From IMG/VR virus record IMGVR_UViG_3300037423_000584: a stretch of DNA of 64,000 bases, one strand, 5' to 3'. The notes below the pieces were generated by a model that had not been told where the DNA came from, did not search any database, and saw nothing but the letters and a program-made list of their open reading frames with translations. Positions 31,946 to 42,984 of this stretch are shown one piece after another (position 1 is the first letter of the stretch; the number at the start of each line of letters is the position of its first letter). This stretch comes from a virus. Position numbers and translations under genes: made by a program.

Positions 31946-32024
31946 GCCCCGGTATCTCAACCGCCTTCTAAGCGGTCGTTAACCGAGTAATTGGAGTATG
32001 CAGGTTCGAGTCCTGTCCGGGGCG
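31946..32024 (+). tRNA. Atypical tRNA-Arg(UCU)-like RNA lacking a canonical D-arm
   Basis: GCCCCGG/CCGGGGC acceptor; ACCGC-CTTCTAA-GCGGT arm only 7 nt after the acceptor; canonical T-arm. Confidence 0.7.
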
Positions 32025-32631
32025 TTAGTGATCAATATTTGTATGTGAAAAATCTTTCTAACTAGATTTATATGAAACAACAAATTATTGTAGTCGAATG
32101 TACGGGTCCAGATTTTCACGACACAATGATCAAACTTGTTCGTGACTATGGATTTAATGGCTATTTGGCTGTCAAACATGGTGAGTTTATTTATACCATG
32201 CTTGATGCTGGATGGCGTTTGATGGCACCACCAGTTCTTATTGAAAAACCAATTACTGGTGATGTTTATCATTGGTGGTTTGAAAAGAAGGAATAAAATG
32301 ATTAATATTGAAGAATTAGAATCTAAACTTAAGCAATTTAATAGTGATATTATATTTCGTCGCGGTGAGAATAATCTATCTTTAGATGTTATAGGCAGAT
32401 ACGATAGATCAAAAGATTGTGTAGATAATGAATGGAAGATGGGTGATCTTGCTGAGTATCTTGGCAAAAAAATAAACATTATTAATCAACTTACTTCTGT
32501 TCCTATCTCTTATTACAGTTTTGGTTGTAATCAAAATGCTGCAACTTATTGTGTTACTTTTAATTTGAAACCAAAAGAAGAAAACAAACAAGTTTGCGAA
32601 ACTTGTGGAAAATAAGCCATAAAGGTGTATC

Positions 32632-33765
32632 ATGGCTAAGTACGAATTTTTAATGTTGGCTCACACTTTTGATGATACTAAACATTCTATATTAGATATG
32701 TTTGCATCAGAAAAAGTAGATGGAGTTCGTGCTTTTTGGGATGGTGGAATATCTAGGGGATTAGAATGTTCTGCTGTTCCTTATGCCAATATAGAAAAAC
32801 ATGCGAGATATCTAAGTCCGCCAAAGGCAACTGGTTTGTGGACCAGATATGCTCAGCCGATCCAAGCACCTTCTTGGTTCCTAGATCAATTACCACGAAT
32901 ATTATTAGATGGTGAATTAACAGCAGGACGCAAAACATTTCAAATTGTTTCATCAGTAACAAGAAAAATAGTTCCAGATAATGGTTGGCAATCGATTAAG
33001 TATAAAATATTTGATTCACCATGTTTAGAAGCGGTTTTTCTTGATAGAACAGTTAAAAATCGTAATCTTGATAAAATATTTAAAAGTTGTACTGATTGGG
33101 CTAAACAAAGAATAAACCATCTTGGGTTAGACGAGAGAGCATTTCCGGATCAAATGGACTTCGAAAGTGCTCTTTCTTTTTTGGTTCGCCATATTAGAGG
33201 TGATAATAAAGTAGTACAAATTCTTAATCAAATAAGGTTGTCTACTGATCATTCCGTGGCTAAGGAAATCTTGGACAGGGAACTTAAAGATATTGTCGAA
33301 GGTCGAGGAGAGGGTGTAATGCTTCGAAGACCTGACAGTATTTGGTATCCGCAAAGATCTTATAATCTTTTAAAGGTTAAACCTACTTTAAAAGGACAAG
33401 CAATTATTATAGGTTATATTTGGGGCAAAGAAACAGACGTTGACAAAGCAATAGGTGTGGGAACTGCAAATAGAATGCTTGGTTACATGGGGGCAATTCG
33501 TTGTAGACTAGATTCAGGTAAAGAATTTAAAATATCTGGATTTGAAATGGCTGAACGAATTATGATTGCTAGTTATGTTAATTTTAATCTAACTCGTTCT
33601 GCTTATGATGAAGCATATGCGTATGGATATCGTCATCCGGGTGAAGTTGTAGATTCTTCCAAGTTTTACAATCCTAGATTTCCTATAGGAAGTCGAATTA
33701 GATTTCAATATAGGGAATTAACAGATGATGGAATTCCTAAAGAAGCGAGATATTTAAGAGAATGA
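32632..33765 (+). CDS. ATP-dependent DNA ligase
   Basis: SEKVDGVRA (KxDG), LDGEL, FDSP, GEGVMLR, LLKVK motifs and C-terminal OB fold. Confidence 0.92.
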   Translation: MAKYEFLMLAHTFDDTKHSILDMFASEKVDGVRAFWDGGISRGLECSAVPYANIEKHARYLSPPKATGLWTRYAQPIQAPSWFLDQLPRILLDGELTAGRKTFQIVSSVTRKIVPDNGWQSIKYKIFDSPCLEAVFLDRTVKNRNLDKIFKSCTDWAKQRINHLGLDERAFPDQMDFESALSFLVRHIRGDNKVVQILNQIRLSTDHSVAKEILDRELKDIVEGRGEGVMLRRPDSIWYPQRSYNLLKVKPTLKGQAIIIGYIWGKETDVDKAIGVGTANRMLGYMGAIRCRLDSGKEFKISGFEMAERIMIASYVNFNLTRSAYDEAYAYGYRHPGEVVDSSKFYNPRFPIGSRIRFQYRELTDDGIPKEARYLRE

Positions 33766-34853
33766 ATACGCCAATTTTCGAAAATCACTGTAATCATTCT
33801 AAAGAATCATATGTTGGTTCTTTTTTCTTTGATGGTTGGCATGATGTGTATGTTTTTCCAAATCCAAGATATGACAAGATTGGAGAAGTTTGTATTCGTT
33901 ATGGAAACGAAGGATCTGAATACATTTCTCCCGGCGGTATAACTGGATTTATGGAGAATCAAACTTTAATGCCAGAATATATCATTGCAAAAGCAATGAT
34001 TGGAATATGGCTCAAGAAAGAAAAAGAAATATTTATACCAGAAGCTTGGGGTAATGGTTAAATGCGTTCACATATAATAGCTGTAATAAATCCAAATAAC
34101 GCAGATAAAAATAGTGTGCAGGATATTATTGCAGCTATTAAAGATTGTGGAGGATTTGATATTGTTGATTTGGGTTCAGGAATGATTGAAGCAGTTGTGC
34201 CATCTATATCGTTGTGCGAGATTCACTTCATGGATGGTGTTGGATGTGTCAGGACAGTGATGAACTACCAAGAGAAGTAAACTTCTTATATGATTAATAA
34301 GATTAAAAATCTTTGGTGGGCTTGGAAGAATAGATGCAAAGATGTGAAATCAAGACATGGATACTATTTATCACCAACATCTTTTTACCATCATTCTGGT
34401 TGGATAGACCGAGCATTCATTCCTTGTAAAGTTTGTGGCGATAAGTATTGTAGATGGGCCGTGAATAGATATACAAAGAAAACTTGCGAAACTATTTGAT
34501 ATGAAAGAAATAATCGCATCAATATTGTTTTTGCCAATGATGTTTGTTTCATTTATCCCCGGTATTAAAAACGTAAAACGAATTCAGTTAATTAATAACT
34601 GGATTGGTAATCAAATCTGGAATGATAACACGTAATGAAATATCTTAATCCTGTATACTTGCTTGGTTTTTTACTTGGCAAAATATGTAATTTTGTTGAT
34701 TATATAGGTGATAAAATGTACGATGGATATTTAAATTCAAGACGATAATTTATACAAGAAGATTAATTTATAATATTGACTATCTTGGTTTGATAGAACA
34801 ATTAGATTAGTTTTCTTATATAAGATATGGGCATAGAAATGTGTCCTATAGAC

Positions 34854-34928
34854 GGGTCCGTAACTCAAGTTGGCTAGAGTGCTTCCCTTTTAAGGAAGAG
34901 GTTGTGGGATCATGCCCCACCGGACCCA
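34854..34928 (+). tRNA. tRNA-Lys(UUU) with atypical T-loop (AUCAUGC)
   Basis: GGGTCCG/CGGACCC acceptor, CTTCC-CTTTTAA-GGAAG anticodon arm. Confidence 0.85.
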
Positions 34929-35566
34929 TTTATCTGTTTTTTCTTTTTTAACCTTCTTATATGTCCTCTAATGGCATTATCAGTAACACCTAGTTCTTTT
35001 GCTAATTGAACATATGAAGTAGTTTCTAATCTTTGTAACAGTTCTTGTTCTGTTGGCCATTGTATTTTTGTATCTCTTACTCTTTGTTGATTGGCACATG
35101 AAATACATCTGGTATAACCTCTACTGACTCTTTTTCCACAAAGACAAAAGTATTTTGGACTCGATTTTTGCTTTGGTGGTTTTTCTCTAATGGTAATAAA
35201 TTTTGATTTATTGATTTCCCAATGTGTTTCCTTGTGACAATTAGAGCACAGAAGAATGCATTTATCTAATTCCGTAATTGTATCTGGATAAAGAATTTCT
35301 ACATCAAATCTTCTGATTCTAGATATATTTATATCCTTTTTGGATGGATCTAAATGATGAAATTCTAAAGCGGCTAAACATTTGTCATATCCACACTTAC
35401 AACATTTTCCTCCTTTGTAATCTACACATAGTTTTTTAAACATTCTTTGTCGTTCTAAACTTTGTTCAGAACAACATTGTTTACAATAATGATAAGTGTT
35501 TGCTTTGCCGTTAATATAAAATTGTGATATATCTTTCTCTTGTTCACATCTTTTACACAATCTCAT
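34910..35566 (-). CDS. HNH homing endonuclease inserted antisense, overlapping the tRNA-Lys 3' end
   Basis: GGKC..CGY....ALEFHH.DP..K...EL.KC.LLC.NCH..H and C-terminal HTH. Confidence 0.88.
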   Translation of the reverse strand: MRLCKRCEQEKDISQFYINGKANTYHYCKQCCSEQSLERQRMFKKLCVDYKGGKCCKCGYDKCLAALEFHHLDPSKKDINISRIRRFDVEILYPDTITELDKCILLCSNCHKETHWEINKSKFITIREKPPKQKSSPKYFCLCGKRVSRGYTRCISCANQQRVRDTKIQWPTEQELLQRLETTSYVQLAKELGVTDNAIRGHIRRLKKKKQINGSGGA

Positions 35567-37134
35567 TGAACTATCTCCTATATAAATAAAGTTTGTTATT
35601 TATTTATACAGGACAAGATTCAAATAATTTCAATTAATGAAACCAAAAGTTAGAAAAGTTGGAATGAGCGATTATGAAATGAGAGATTATCATTTCAAAT
35701 CTAAAGCTAGTAAAAAAGTTAGAAAGAGAATGGCTAAACGATTGCGTTCTCGTGAGAAAAAAGAAATTAATAATTTGAATTCGGATGGAGATTAAATCAT
35801 GATTATAAAAGAAACTTTTCAAAAGCCGATCGATAAATATACTCTTTGTGCAGACGAAGTTGCTGTGGCTATTAAAGAACATCTTCGTAAATATGGATAC
35901 AAAATACGCGATAATCAAACAATTGAAGTAAATGGAGTTTTTATTGGAAAAGACGATAAAAGCTACCAAACTTTTTTAGTTAGATAGTTTACGCAATAAA
36001 CCAAGGAAGGTAGGTAGAAAATGTTTCAGTATTCATATTTAATTCATGAAGGAAAAGAAAAGGTAATTCCACAAGATAAAGTTCAAAAGCTTATCGATCT
36101 TAAAATTATTAAGAAATTTGAAGGTACTCTTAATAATTATCGTGGCAATAGAATAGTTTCTCCTATTTATACTTTTGATCAAGGGAAATCTTGGGCCGAT
36201 GCTCAAGATATTTTACTAGTTAAACCCAAATAGGTAGGGAGGTTTAAGAAAGGATTTGTATGGCAAATGTAACCGTTTCTCGTAAGGAAGGATATTCTAG
36301 ATCCAAGATTTCTATCGATACAAATGGATTAGAACTTGGAGATATCATTCCACGGGTTGCAAATCCTTCTAGTTGGGGTTTTAACAAAATTGATTCTATT
36401 AAAGAAGAAGATGTTAAAAGAGCAATTGGACACGCTCTGGAACCGGCAGAATTGATTGTCATTGGCATTTCTGGCGACATTATTACTGCGTATCATAGGG
36501 ATTGGAATAACAAATATAGTCTTTATATGGCAAATAAAGATAGTATTACTCGTCCAATCTTTTAAAGAGGTGTCCTATGAGACACATTGTTGCACTTTGC
36601 GGACAGCTTGTGTTTTCTGAGATGATCGAAGATGACGAGGGGAAAATAGCTGGTAAAGTATATGTTGTAAATCCAGAGAAATCTTTTATAGTTGATACTA
36701 TTGAATTTGGAGAAGATTCTCTAAAAGAAGCAGTTCAACAAATTAAAGAAAAGCTTCCTTCTGATGTTCGTCATTGTATTAAGTTTTATGAAATCCTATC
36801 TCCTTTGCAACCAGTAGAGATAGATGTACAATAGAAATTGGTTGCACTACAATGGTCCTAGACAGAAATGTATGGGATCATTTTCTTTTACAAGAAGGTA
36901 GGTCATGCTTGTTATAGGAAAAGATCTTCTTAAAGATCTTAATCCAAAAACTATTATCGAAATAGTTAATCAACTAAATGATACTGCTAAAGTTTTTGGA
37001 ACAGAATGTGTTATGATTAATGATTCTATCTGGACTAAAACAGAGATGGAGTCAAAAGACAAAGCAATGTTTAAGATATATGCATTAGGTATTATAACAG
37101 GATTAGTTATTGCAAAGAGAAGTTTATAGTCATT

Positions 37135-37675
37135 TCTAGTATCGGTTGGTACTACGATGTCCTCCTCTGTACCGTAAAAGTTCTTACTACTGATTCGAAC
37201 CCATAGTAAGAATCCGATACTATGCCTAGGTACGTCGTAGTGACGAACTACGGCGTATCTTTATTGGTTATTATAGATACTTAAGTGTATCGTCCATACG
37301 AGCAATTAATGATAAGTTATGGATCACCTTGAGCAGAGCGATGCTCGGAGCTATAGGTTGTAATGACCAATTGTTGTCGCGAAATATGGTAAACAATTTT
37401 TAGAGTCTGTTATTACAGCAATGTAATAACTCCAATGTTAAATCCTTTGTCGAACAGCATTTGGCACAGCACAAGGCCCAATTGGTAAGAGCATGTTTTT
37501 GATGCGGTCGCAATGACTGCGTTAGCGGCTCGATCGGCTAATGTGAGAATGAAACGCCGGGCAATTGCATATGCCTTCGCCATTTGTCCTAATAGATGTG
37601 AGTTATAGTTTCGGTCAATAACGCTATAAATTGACTGATCGCTAGCAACTGTTTCGTTGGAAGCTCAGACTCTAT
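37135..37675 (+). ncRNA. Cluster of structured RNA domains upstream of the first tRNA-like element
   Basis: ORF-free; closing helices TAGTATCGG/CCGATACTA, ATTGGTTATTATA/TGTAATGACCAAT, TAGAGTCTG/CAGACTCTA. Confidence 0.6.
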
Positions 37676-37679
37676 TTTC

Positions 37680-37825
37680 GCCCCAATAGTTTAACAGGAC
37701 AGCGAGAAACACCTACCAAGCCCACGGCTTTCTGTGAAAGCAGAAGGTACGCCGCCGTTAGTGGATCTTGCTAAAAACCGTTGCCTCTCAGGCAAATGAT
37801 CTACGTTCGAATCGTGGTTGGGGTA
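37680..37825 (+). ncRNA. D-loop-insertion tRNA-like RNA (CUC loop), copy 1
   Basis: GCCCCAA/TTGGGGT-A, GTTT..AAAC D-stem, insert after AACAGG, CTCTCAG loop, TTCGAAT T-loop. Confidence 0.85.
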
Positions 37826-38187
37826 TTATGCAAGAATATGAATATATGTCGATTGAAGCTCTAGAAGACCAAAGAGCTATAACAGATGAGAGACTTAATA
37901 ATCTAGCCAAGAACGGATGGGTTGTTTTATCTGTTTCTTGGATTGGTGCGTATATGGTGGCGGCTTTGTTACAGAGAATTAAACAATGAGTGACACTAAT
38001 ATTAGAATTCTTTCTGAAAACGACACAAAGGATGGATTGATTTTAGTCTCATTCAATTCAGCTTTGTTTGATTGGCCTAGAAACTATTATTACGATTATA
38101 ATAGATATACCTTTTATACAAAGCGTTCTTGTCCGGATATATCTGGTGCAACAGAATGTGCCGAATATCTTCTAAATAACTAAAATT

Positions 38188-38332
38188 GCCCCAGTAGTTT
38201 AATAGGCGAAGCGATACTATCTAAGTCACTAGGCTTCTTGAGAAATCAGGAAGTTATAGCACATTTAGTGTTGTCTTCTTAAAACGTTTCGCTCTCAGCG
38301 AAAATATCTTGGTTCGACTCCAAGCTGGGGTA
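38188..38332 (+). ncRNA. D-loop-insertion tRNA-like RNA, copy 2
   Basis: Same architecture; TTTCG-CTCTCAG-CGAAA. Confidence 0.85.
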
Positions 38333-38528
38333 CTATGACAGCAGCAGAACTAGCACGGAAGCTAATGGAACATCCACATGTACAAGTTCACATGGAAGGA
38401 GAACTTAATGCCAATGTAGACCATTTTATAGATGCAATTGGCAAAATAGTCGTTGCTGAAATGAATATGAAAGAATATGGGGTTAAAAAAGGCGATCTCA
38501 TAATCTTAAATAAAACTAGATGAAATTT

Positions 38529-38671
38529 GCCCCGCTAGTTCAATAGGCGAGAGAAATATCCTCTAAGTCACTAGGTTTCATGGTGAGTGAAACCATAGCA
38601 CATTGGATGTCGCTCTCATAGAACAGATTCCTCTCAGGAATAAAATGTACGTTCGAATCGTACGCGGGGTA
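38529..38671 (+). ncRNA. D-loop-insertion tRNA-like RNA, copy 3
   Basis: GCCCCGC/GCGGGGT-A; ATTC-CTCTCAG-GAAT. Confidence 0.85.
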
Positions 38672-38681
38672 CTTTAATATT

Positions 38682-38921
38682 ATGGCTACATATCATTTAA
38701 GAAAAAAGGAAGATGAAGATTTCAGGATAGTTAGATACGAAGATGGCAGAATGCATTTCAATCCATGCTATCTTAATAAAAATGGTCTTTTTCAAAGAAT
38801 AATAGAGAGACCGTATGATACTTATAACTCTAGGAGATATGCGATAGCTTTCTTTAAGAAGTGTTTGCCAAACGAAGTTCTTCGAGATGAAACTGCCAGA
38901 AAGACAAAGTTAATTAAGTAA
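38682..38921 (+). CDS. NSRR-motif family small protein
   Basis: YLNKNG.F...YNSRRYAIAFFKK. Confidence 0.75.
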   Translation: MATYHLRKKEDEDFRIVRYEDGRMHFNPCYLNKNGLFQRIIERPYDTYNSRRYAIAFFKKCLPNEVLRDETARKTKLIK

Positions 38922-38926
38922 TACAC

Positions 38927-39071
38927 GCCCTCGTGGTCTAATAGGCGGATGTTAAATTTACAATCACTAGTTTCCTGCGGAAACGTTGGAAAGATAGCAT
39001 TGTTTATTTAATTATCCATATGACAGCCTTCTCTCAGAAGGAAAATGCACGTTCGAATCGTGTCGAGGGTA
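38927..39071 (+). ncRNA. D-loop-insertion tRNA-like RNA, copy 4
   Basis: GCCCTCG/CGAGGGT-A; CCTT-CTCTCAG-AAGG. Confidence 0.85.
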
Positions 39072-39259
39072 TTAGTATTTTTTATAGGATTTGTAGTCAA
39101 ATCTATGAGATATAAACAACTATTCGAAACAACGGATGAAATTAAAGCAAATGAAAAAGTTCTCAATGGATGGGTTCTTATAGAAACTAAGAATGACTCT
39201 GGACGATTTAATAATAATCGTCCTATATATGTATTAGGGATTCCTAAATAGTTCGATAC

Positions 39260-39344
39260 GCCGGTGTGGCGGAACGGCAGACGCTACGGACTTAAAATCC
39301 GTTGGGAGATAACTCCCGTAAGGGTTCGATTCCCTTCTCCGGCA
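39260..39344 (+). tRNA. tRNA-Leu(UAA)
   Basis: Canonical class II cloverleaf, ACGGA-CTTAAAA-TCCGT, A73. Confidence 0.92.
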
Positions 39345-39958
39345 CTAATTTACTTGGATTAATTAAATGACACCTTATCAAAAACGTCTTTGCTTATTGG
39401 AATAATTGGCTGGTTATTTTACGCTGGTTTTTCATATCTAATTATTAGTAAAGGATATATAGAAGATAATGAATGGACTGTTGGTAAAAGAAATAGATGG
39501 ATCACTATTTGTTTATTAACTGGTCCGTTTATGTTTGCTTTTTTATTTTGTATTTGGATTTTCTTTAGTGATAAACCTGCTAAGTGGTAAATTATGATCA
39601 AGCATCATCCCTATATCTTTTTTGAACTTGTTTGAATTCTTTGTTGGATTGTTTCTTGGTTTATATATCGTTATTATGAACGAACAGATCATCCAAACAG
39701 ATGGACTATTAGACACAGAAATATGTCTCTTGTGATTTGTTTTTGTATGTCGCCGATTGCAGCATTTTTGCTAACTATATTAGCAATGTTTAATTGTGCT
39801 GATAAATCATTTGAATATTGCAGTAAAAAAATAAATCAACTTAGATCTTGGATTAAATCAGATACTAGAATTTCTGACTGGTAGAATTATACTGAAAATG
39901 ATGAATAGGACTATTTCACAAGCAAAAACTTGGTAGATCTTGGATTCATTTTCTGGAA

Positions 39959-40081
39959 ACAGATGACGCCAAACTAGGAATGGCAGGCGGCGAGATCGTC
40001 ATGGCAATGATCGATGGATCAACGAAGCTCATAAACCGCTAGACTAGTCCACCTATGTAGGTTCGATCCCTACCATCTGTT
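39959..40081 (+). ncRNA. tRNA-like RNA with expanded anticodon arm
   Basis: ACAGATG/CATCTGT acceptor, GCCA/TGGC D-stem, GGCGG/CCGCT stem enclosing ~45 nt, GTAGG-TTCGATC-CCTAC T-arm. Confidence 0.65.
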
Positions 40082-40673
40082 CTTTTATGGGAGGTATATG
40101 AGCGAAGAGTATACTGTGTTTTCTAACATAGGTATGATCAAAGGTTACTTTAATTTAACCGATGATGAATATCATAGGTTCAAAGAACTTATGAAATCTA
40201 TGCACTTTATAATTCGGAAAGGACGTATAGAAAAATCGATTCGTATTCCTATTAATCGTCGTGTTGCAATTAGGGGTGCAGTTAAGCCAAATTCAGAACA
40301 ATTGACATGATTATATTCCGAAAAGGTCAAAATCATAGTGTTTTGATTAATCTTTTTGTTGTTTGGATTATTGTTCATTATTGGTTTCCTAAATCGTACT
40401 GGAAACATTTTAGACTAACAAAGAAAGATCCCTTTTGGAATAGTTCTCTATATTTAGGACCTTTTGAATTTTACTGGGATCGACGACGACAATTTGATCA
40501 AGAACGAATCAGACTATTGTATCGATTTGCCATTATTGATTGGCATTTCGTAGTATGGAAAGAATACTGGCAGTTTAACGAAATCATTAAAGCGGAGGTG
40601 ATTTTCTCAACAGCTAAATTGTTAGATTCGATTAAGATTTAATACCTACCCTGATGACAAAGGATGGTTTGTT

Positions 40674-41309
40674 ATGGCCCAAGGTAGATTGAATAGAGAC
40701 GGTCGTGATAGTTATCGTAACTTAGATAGACCATTTCGTGCTCCGCGTGAAATCCTTGATAAAAATGGCGATTTTGTCAAGTTTCACGATATGGACGTAA
40801 TGCGTCTTGGCAATCATGATAGGTCAATGAATACCACTGGCTCATTTGGTGTTAAAAGCACAATGGGCGTCGGACGACTAAGTATAGTTGTCCGAAAAGG
40901 GGCACCTGGAAAATCAAGAGCCGGACGTAAAAAGAAAAACGGCTCAAAACTGATATCTCGTAGATTTACGATTGACTATGATAAGCATAGTTTTCCTCAG
41001 TTAAGAAACTTGAGGAATGATCTTATTGTAGTTAAAACGATGTCAGAAGGTCTTCCTGAACACCAAGGAAGAAAGCTGTTTACTTTTGAAATGCAAGATG
41101 TCTTAAGAACGTTAGATAATTACATAGAAACAACGTTCGATGCTGCTCTTATTGAACAAATACACATCTCTGATCAACATAGAATTGCATCTACTAAAGG
41201 CATGATGCGTAGCGGGAAGGTAAGAGCAAAAGGTATTGAGGATCTTGGAAATAGAATTTACCGTGCTTTGTCTATAATGAACATAAAACACGGAAAAATG
41301 AACACATAA
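40674..41309 (+). CDS. Basic protein, paralog of 27695-28204
   Basis: Shared conserved block; AAGGATGG leader. Confidence 0.7.
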   Translation: MAQGRLNRDGRDSYRNLDRPFRAPREILDKNGDFVKFHDMDVMRLGNHDRSMNTTGSFGVKSTMGVGRLSIVVRKGAPGKSRAGRKKKNGSKLISRRFTIDYDKHSFPQLRNLRNDLIVVKTMSEGLPEHQGRKLFTFEMQDVLRTLDNYIETTFDAALIEQIHISDQHRIASTKGMMRSGKVRAKGIEDLGNRIYRALSIMNIKHGKMNT

Positions 41310-42436
41310 CATAACAATCTGCGTTGTGTCATGGAATCCCATATATCGAAAGATTATGGGATTTCTTTATGAAAAGAAATATAGAAAACATTATCATAAT
41401 ATTGATAATTGTGTTTCTTACTATTATAATTCCATTGTTATGTCTTTATGTAATTTGGGCTTAATATTACGTTTGCTATATTAAAGATTATAGTTAACGT
41501 AATACTCAAACAATAAGAAAATACAGTTCTATCAAGAAGACTTTCAAAATTAAATTAGTCTAAATAACCAAATCTTATGTTTATAAATCTTCTTGACTAG
41601 ACTGTATTTATCTCTTTTATACTTAATACTTACAAAATACTTAAGTAATATCGTATAAATTCAGAGAACTTTTTACTAGAAAATAAATAAATCTATGTGG
41701 GAATTCTTTAAATTCATTAGTATACTTTGTTTGACAATGATTGTAGTGTTTACTACTATTTGGTTTATCTCTAATCTTGCTAACTTATTATGAATAAAAG
41801 AATTAGAAAAACTATTATTAGAATTGTAAATGCTTTTGAAGAAGGCGATTACAATCTTGTAGATTCTTTGTCCAAAAAACTTGACTATTTAAAAGAAAGC
41901 CATTTTGGACGCATTATGGACAAAATGATCGATGGCCAAAATTAATTACAAAGTAAATGATTTCGTTACTATTTTGAAATACAAAAACGATCCTATCAAC
42001 AAAGAAGGAAGAATAACTGTTGTATACGAAAGTGGTCATGTTCATGTCAGCAATTTAAATATGCCATTTTGTGGATCTGTTAATAGAATTTTTAGACCAG
42101 ATGAAATTGCACCTGTTACAAATATTGACTAATTTATATTGTTTAGATGGAGACGATTCTAGTTTAACAGAAGACGAAAAAGAAAAGATTAAACAATCTC
42201 TAGGTCCAAACTGGAGAACTATTCTGTTGGAAAAGAAAGTTAAACAGACTCAAGTTCAAGATGAACAAATTCCAGCTATTTGCGAGTCGTCAGAATTATC
42301 GTAGGCTATGCGTGGGAGGTGGGATAACCTCCACCATAGGTTTCATATAGTTTAAACGCTATATGAAATCTTAAAGGATGGAAGGGGATTAGGGGTGAAA
42401 CACCATTCGTTGTGGCTTAGCCACAGGAGTTACACC

Positions 42437-42928
42437 ATGGCTGAACAAGCAGCCAATATTCAGAGCTTCGCTGATGATGCAATGCATCGGCTGGCTACGT
42501 ATCTCAAGGTTACTGATCGCTCGCAGGAATGGATCGATCAGAATATCGAATGCGTTGCAGCTTTGCTTGACATTACCAAGCACGACGCACTGGAAGGCAT
42601 GAAGAAATTCATGACCTTGGAAAATCGTGAGAATCAACAGGGTCAAGTCCGTCAGGAAGCTAGACAGACTGCCACTGTTGGTTCTGGTGGAGGCGGTGGA
42701 GAACAGGATGCTCGCGAAGAGCTTGATAAAGCAATTCGTGAGTCTCAGGGTGGCGGTGGTGGTGGACAAGGAGGCCAAGGCGGTGGCGGCGGAAGGCCGC
42801 AGAATAGTCCGTCCGCTAATCAGGCCAGAAGCCAAGCCTTACAAGGCAACCAGAACGCTGCTGGTCCACATTCCGGCGGCGGTGGGCGTGGCCAAGGAGG
42901 CGGTGGAGGCGGTGGAGGCCAAGCGTAA
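42437..42928 (+). CDS. Protein with Gly/Gln-rich low-complexity C-terminus
   Basis: AGGAG RBS before MAEQAANI; GC-rich codons; poly-Gly tracts. Confidence 0.7.
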   Translation: MAEQAANIQSFADDAMHRLATYLKVTDRSQEWIDQNIECVAALLDITKHDALEGMKKFMTLENRENQQGQVRQEARQTATVGSGGGGGEQDAREELDKAIRESQGGGGGGQGGQGGGGGRPQNSPSANQARSQALQGNQNAAGPHSGGGGRGQGGGGGGGGQA

Positions 42929-42984
42929 TTTTTAACAAATGAGGTAATCACAAGTGTCCCCGTAGGAAACTGCGGGGATATTTT

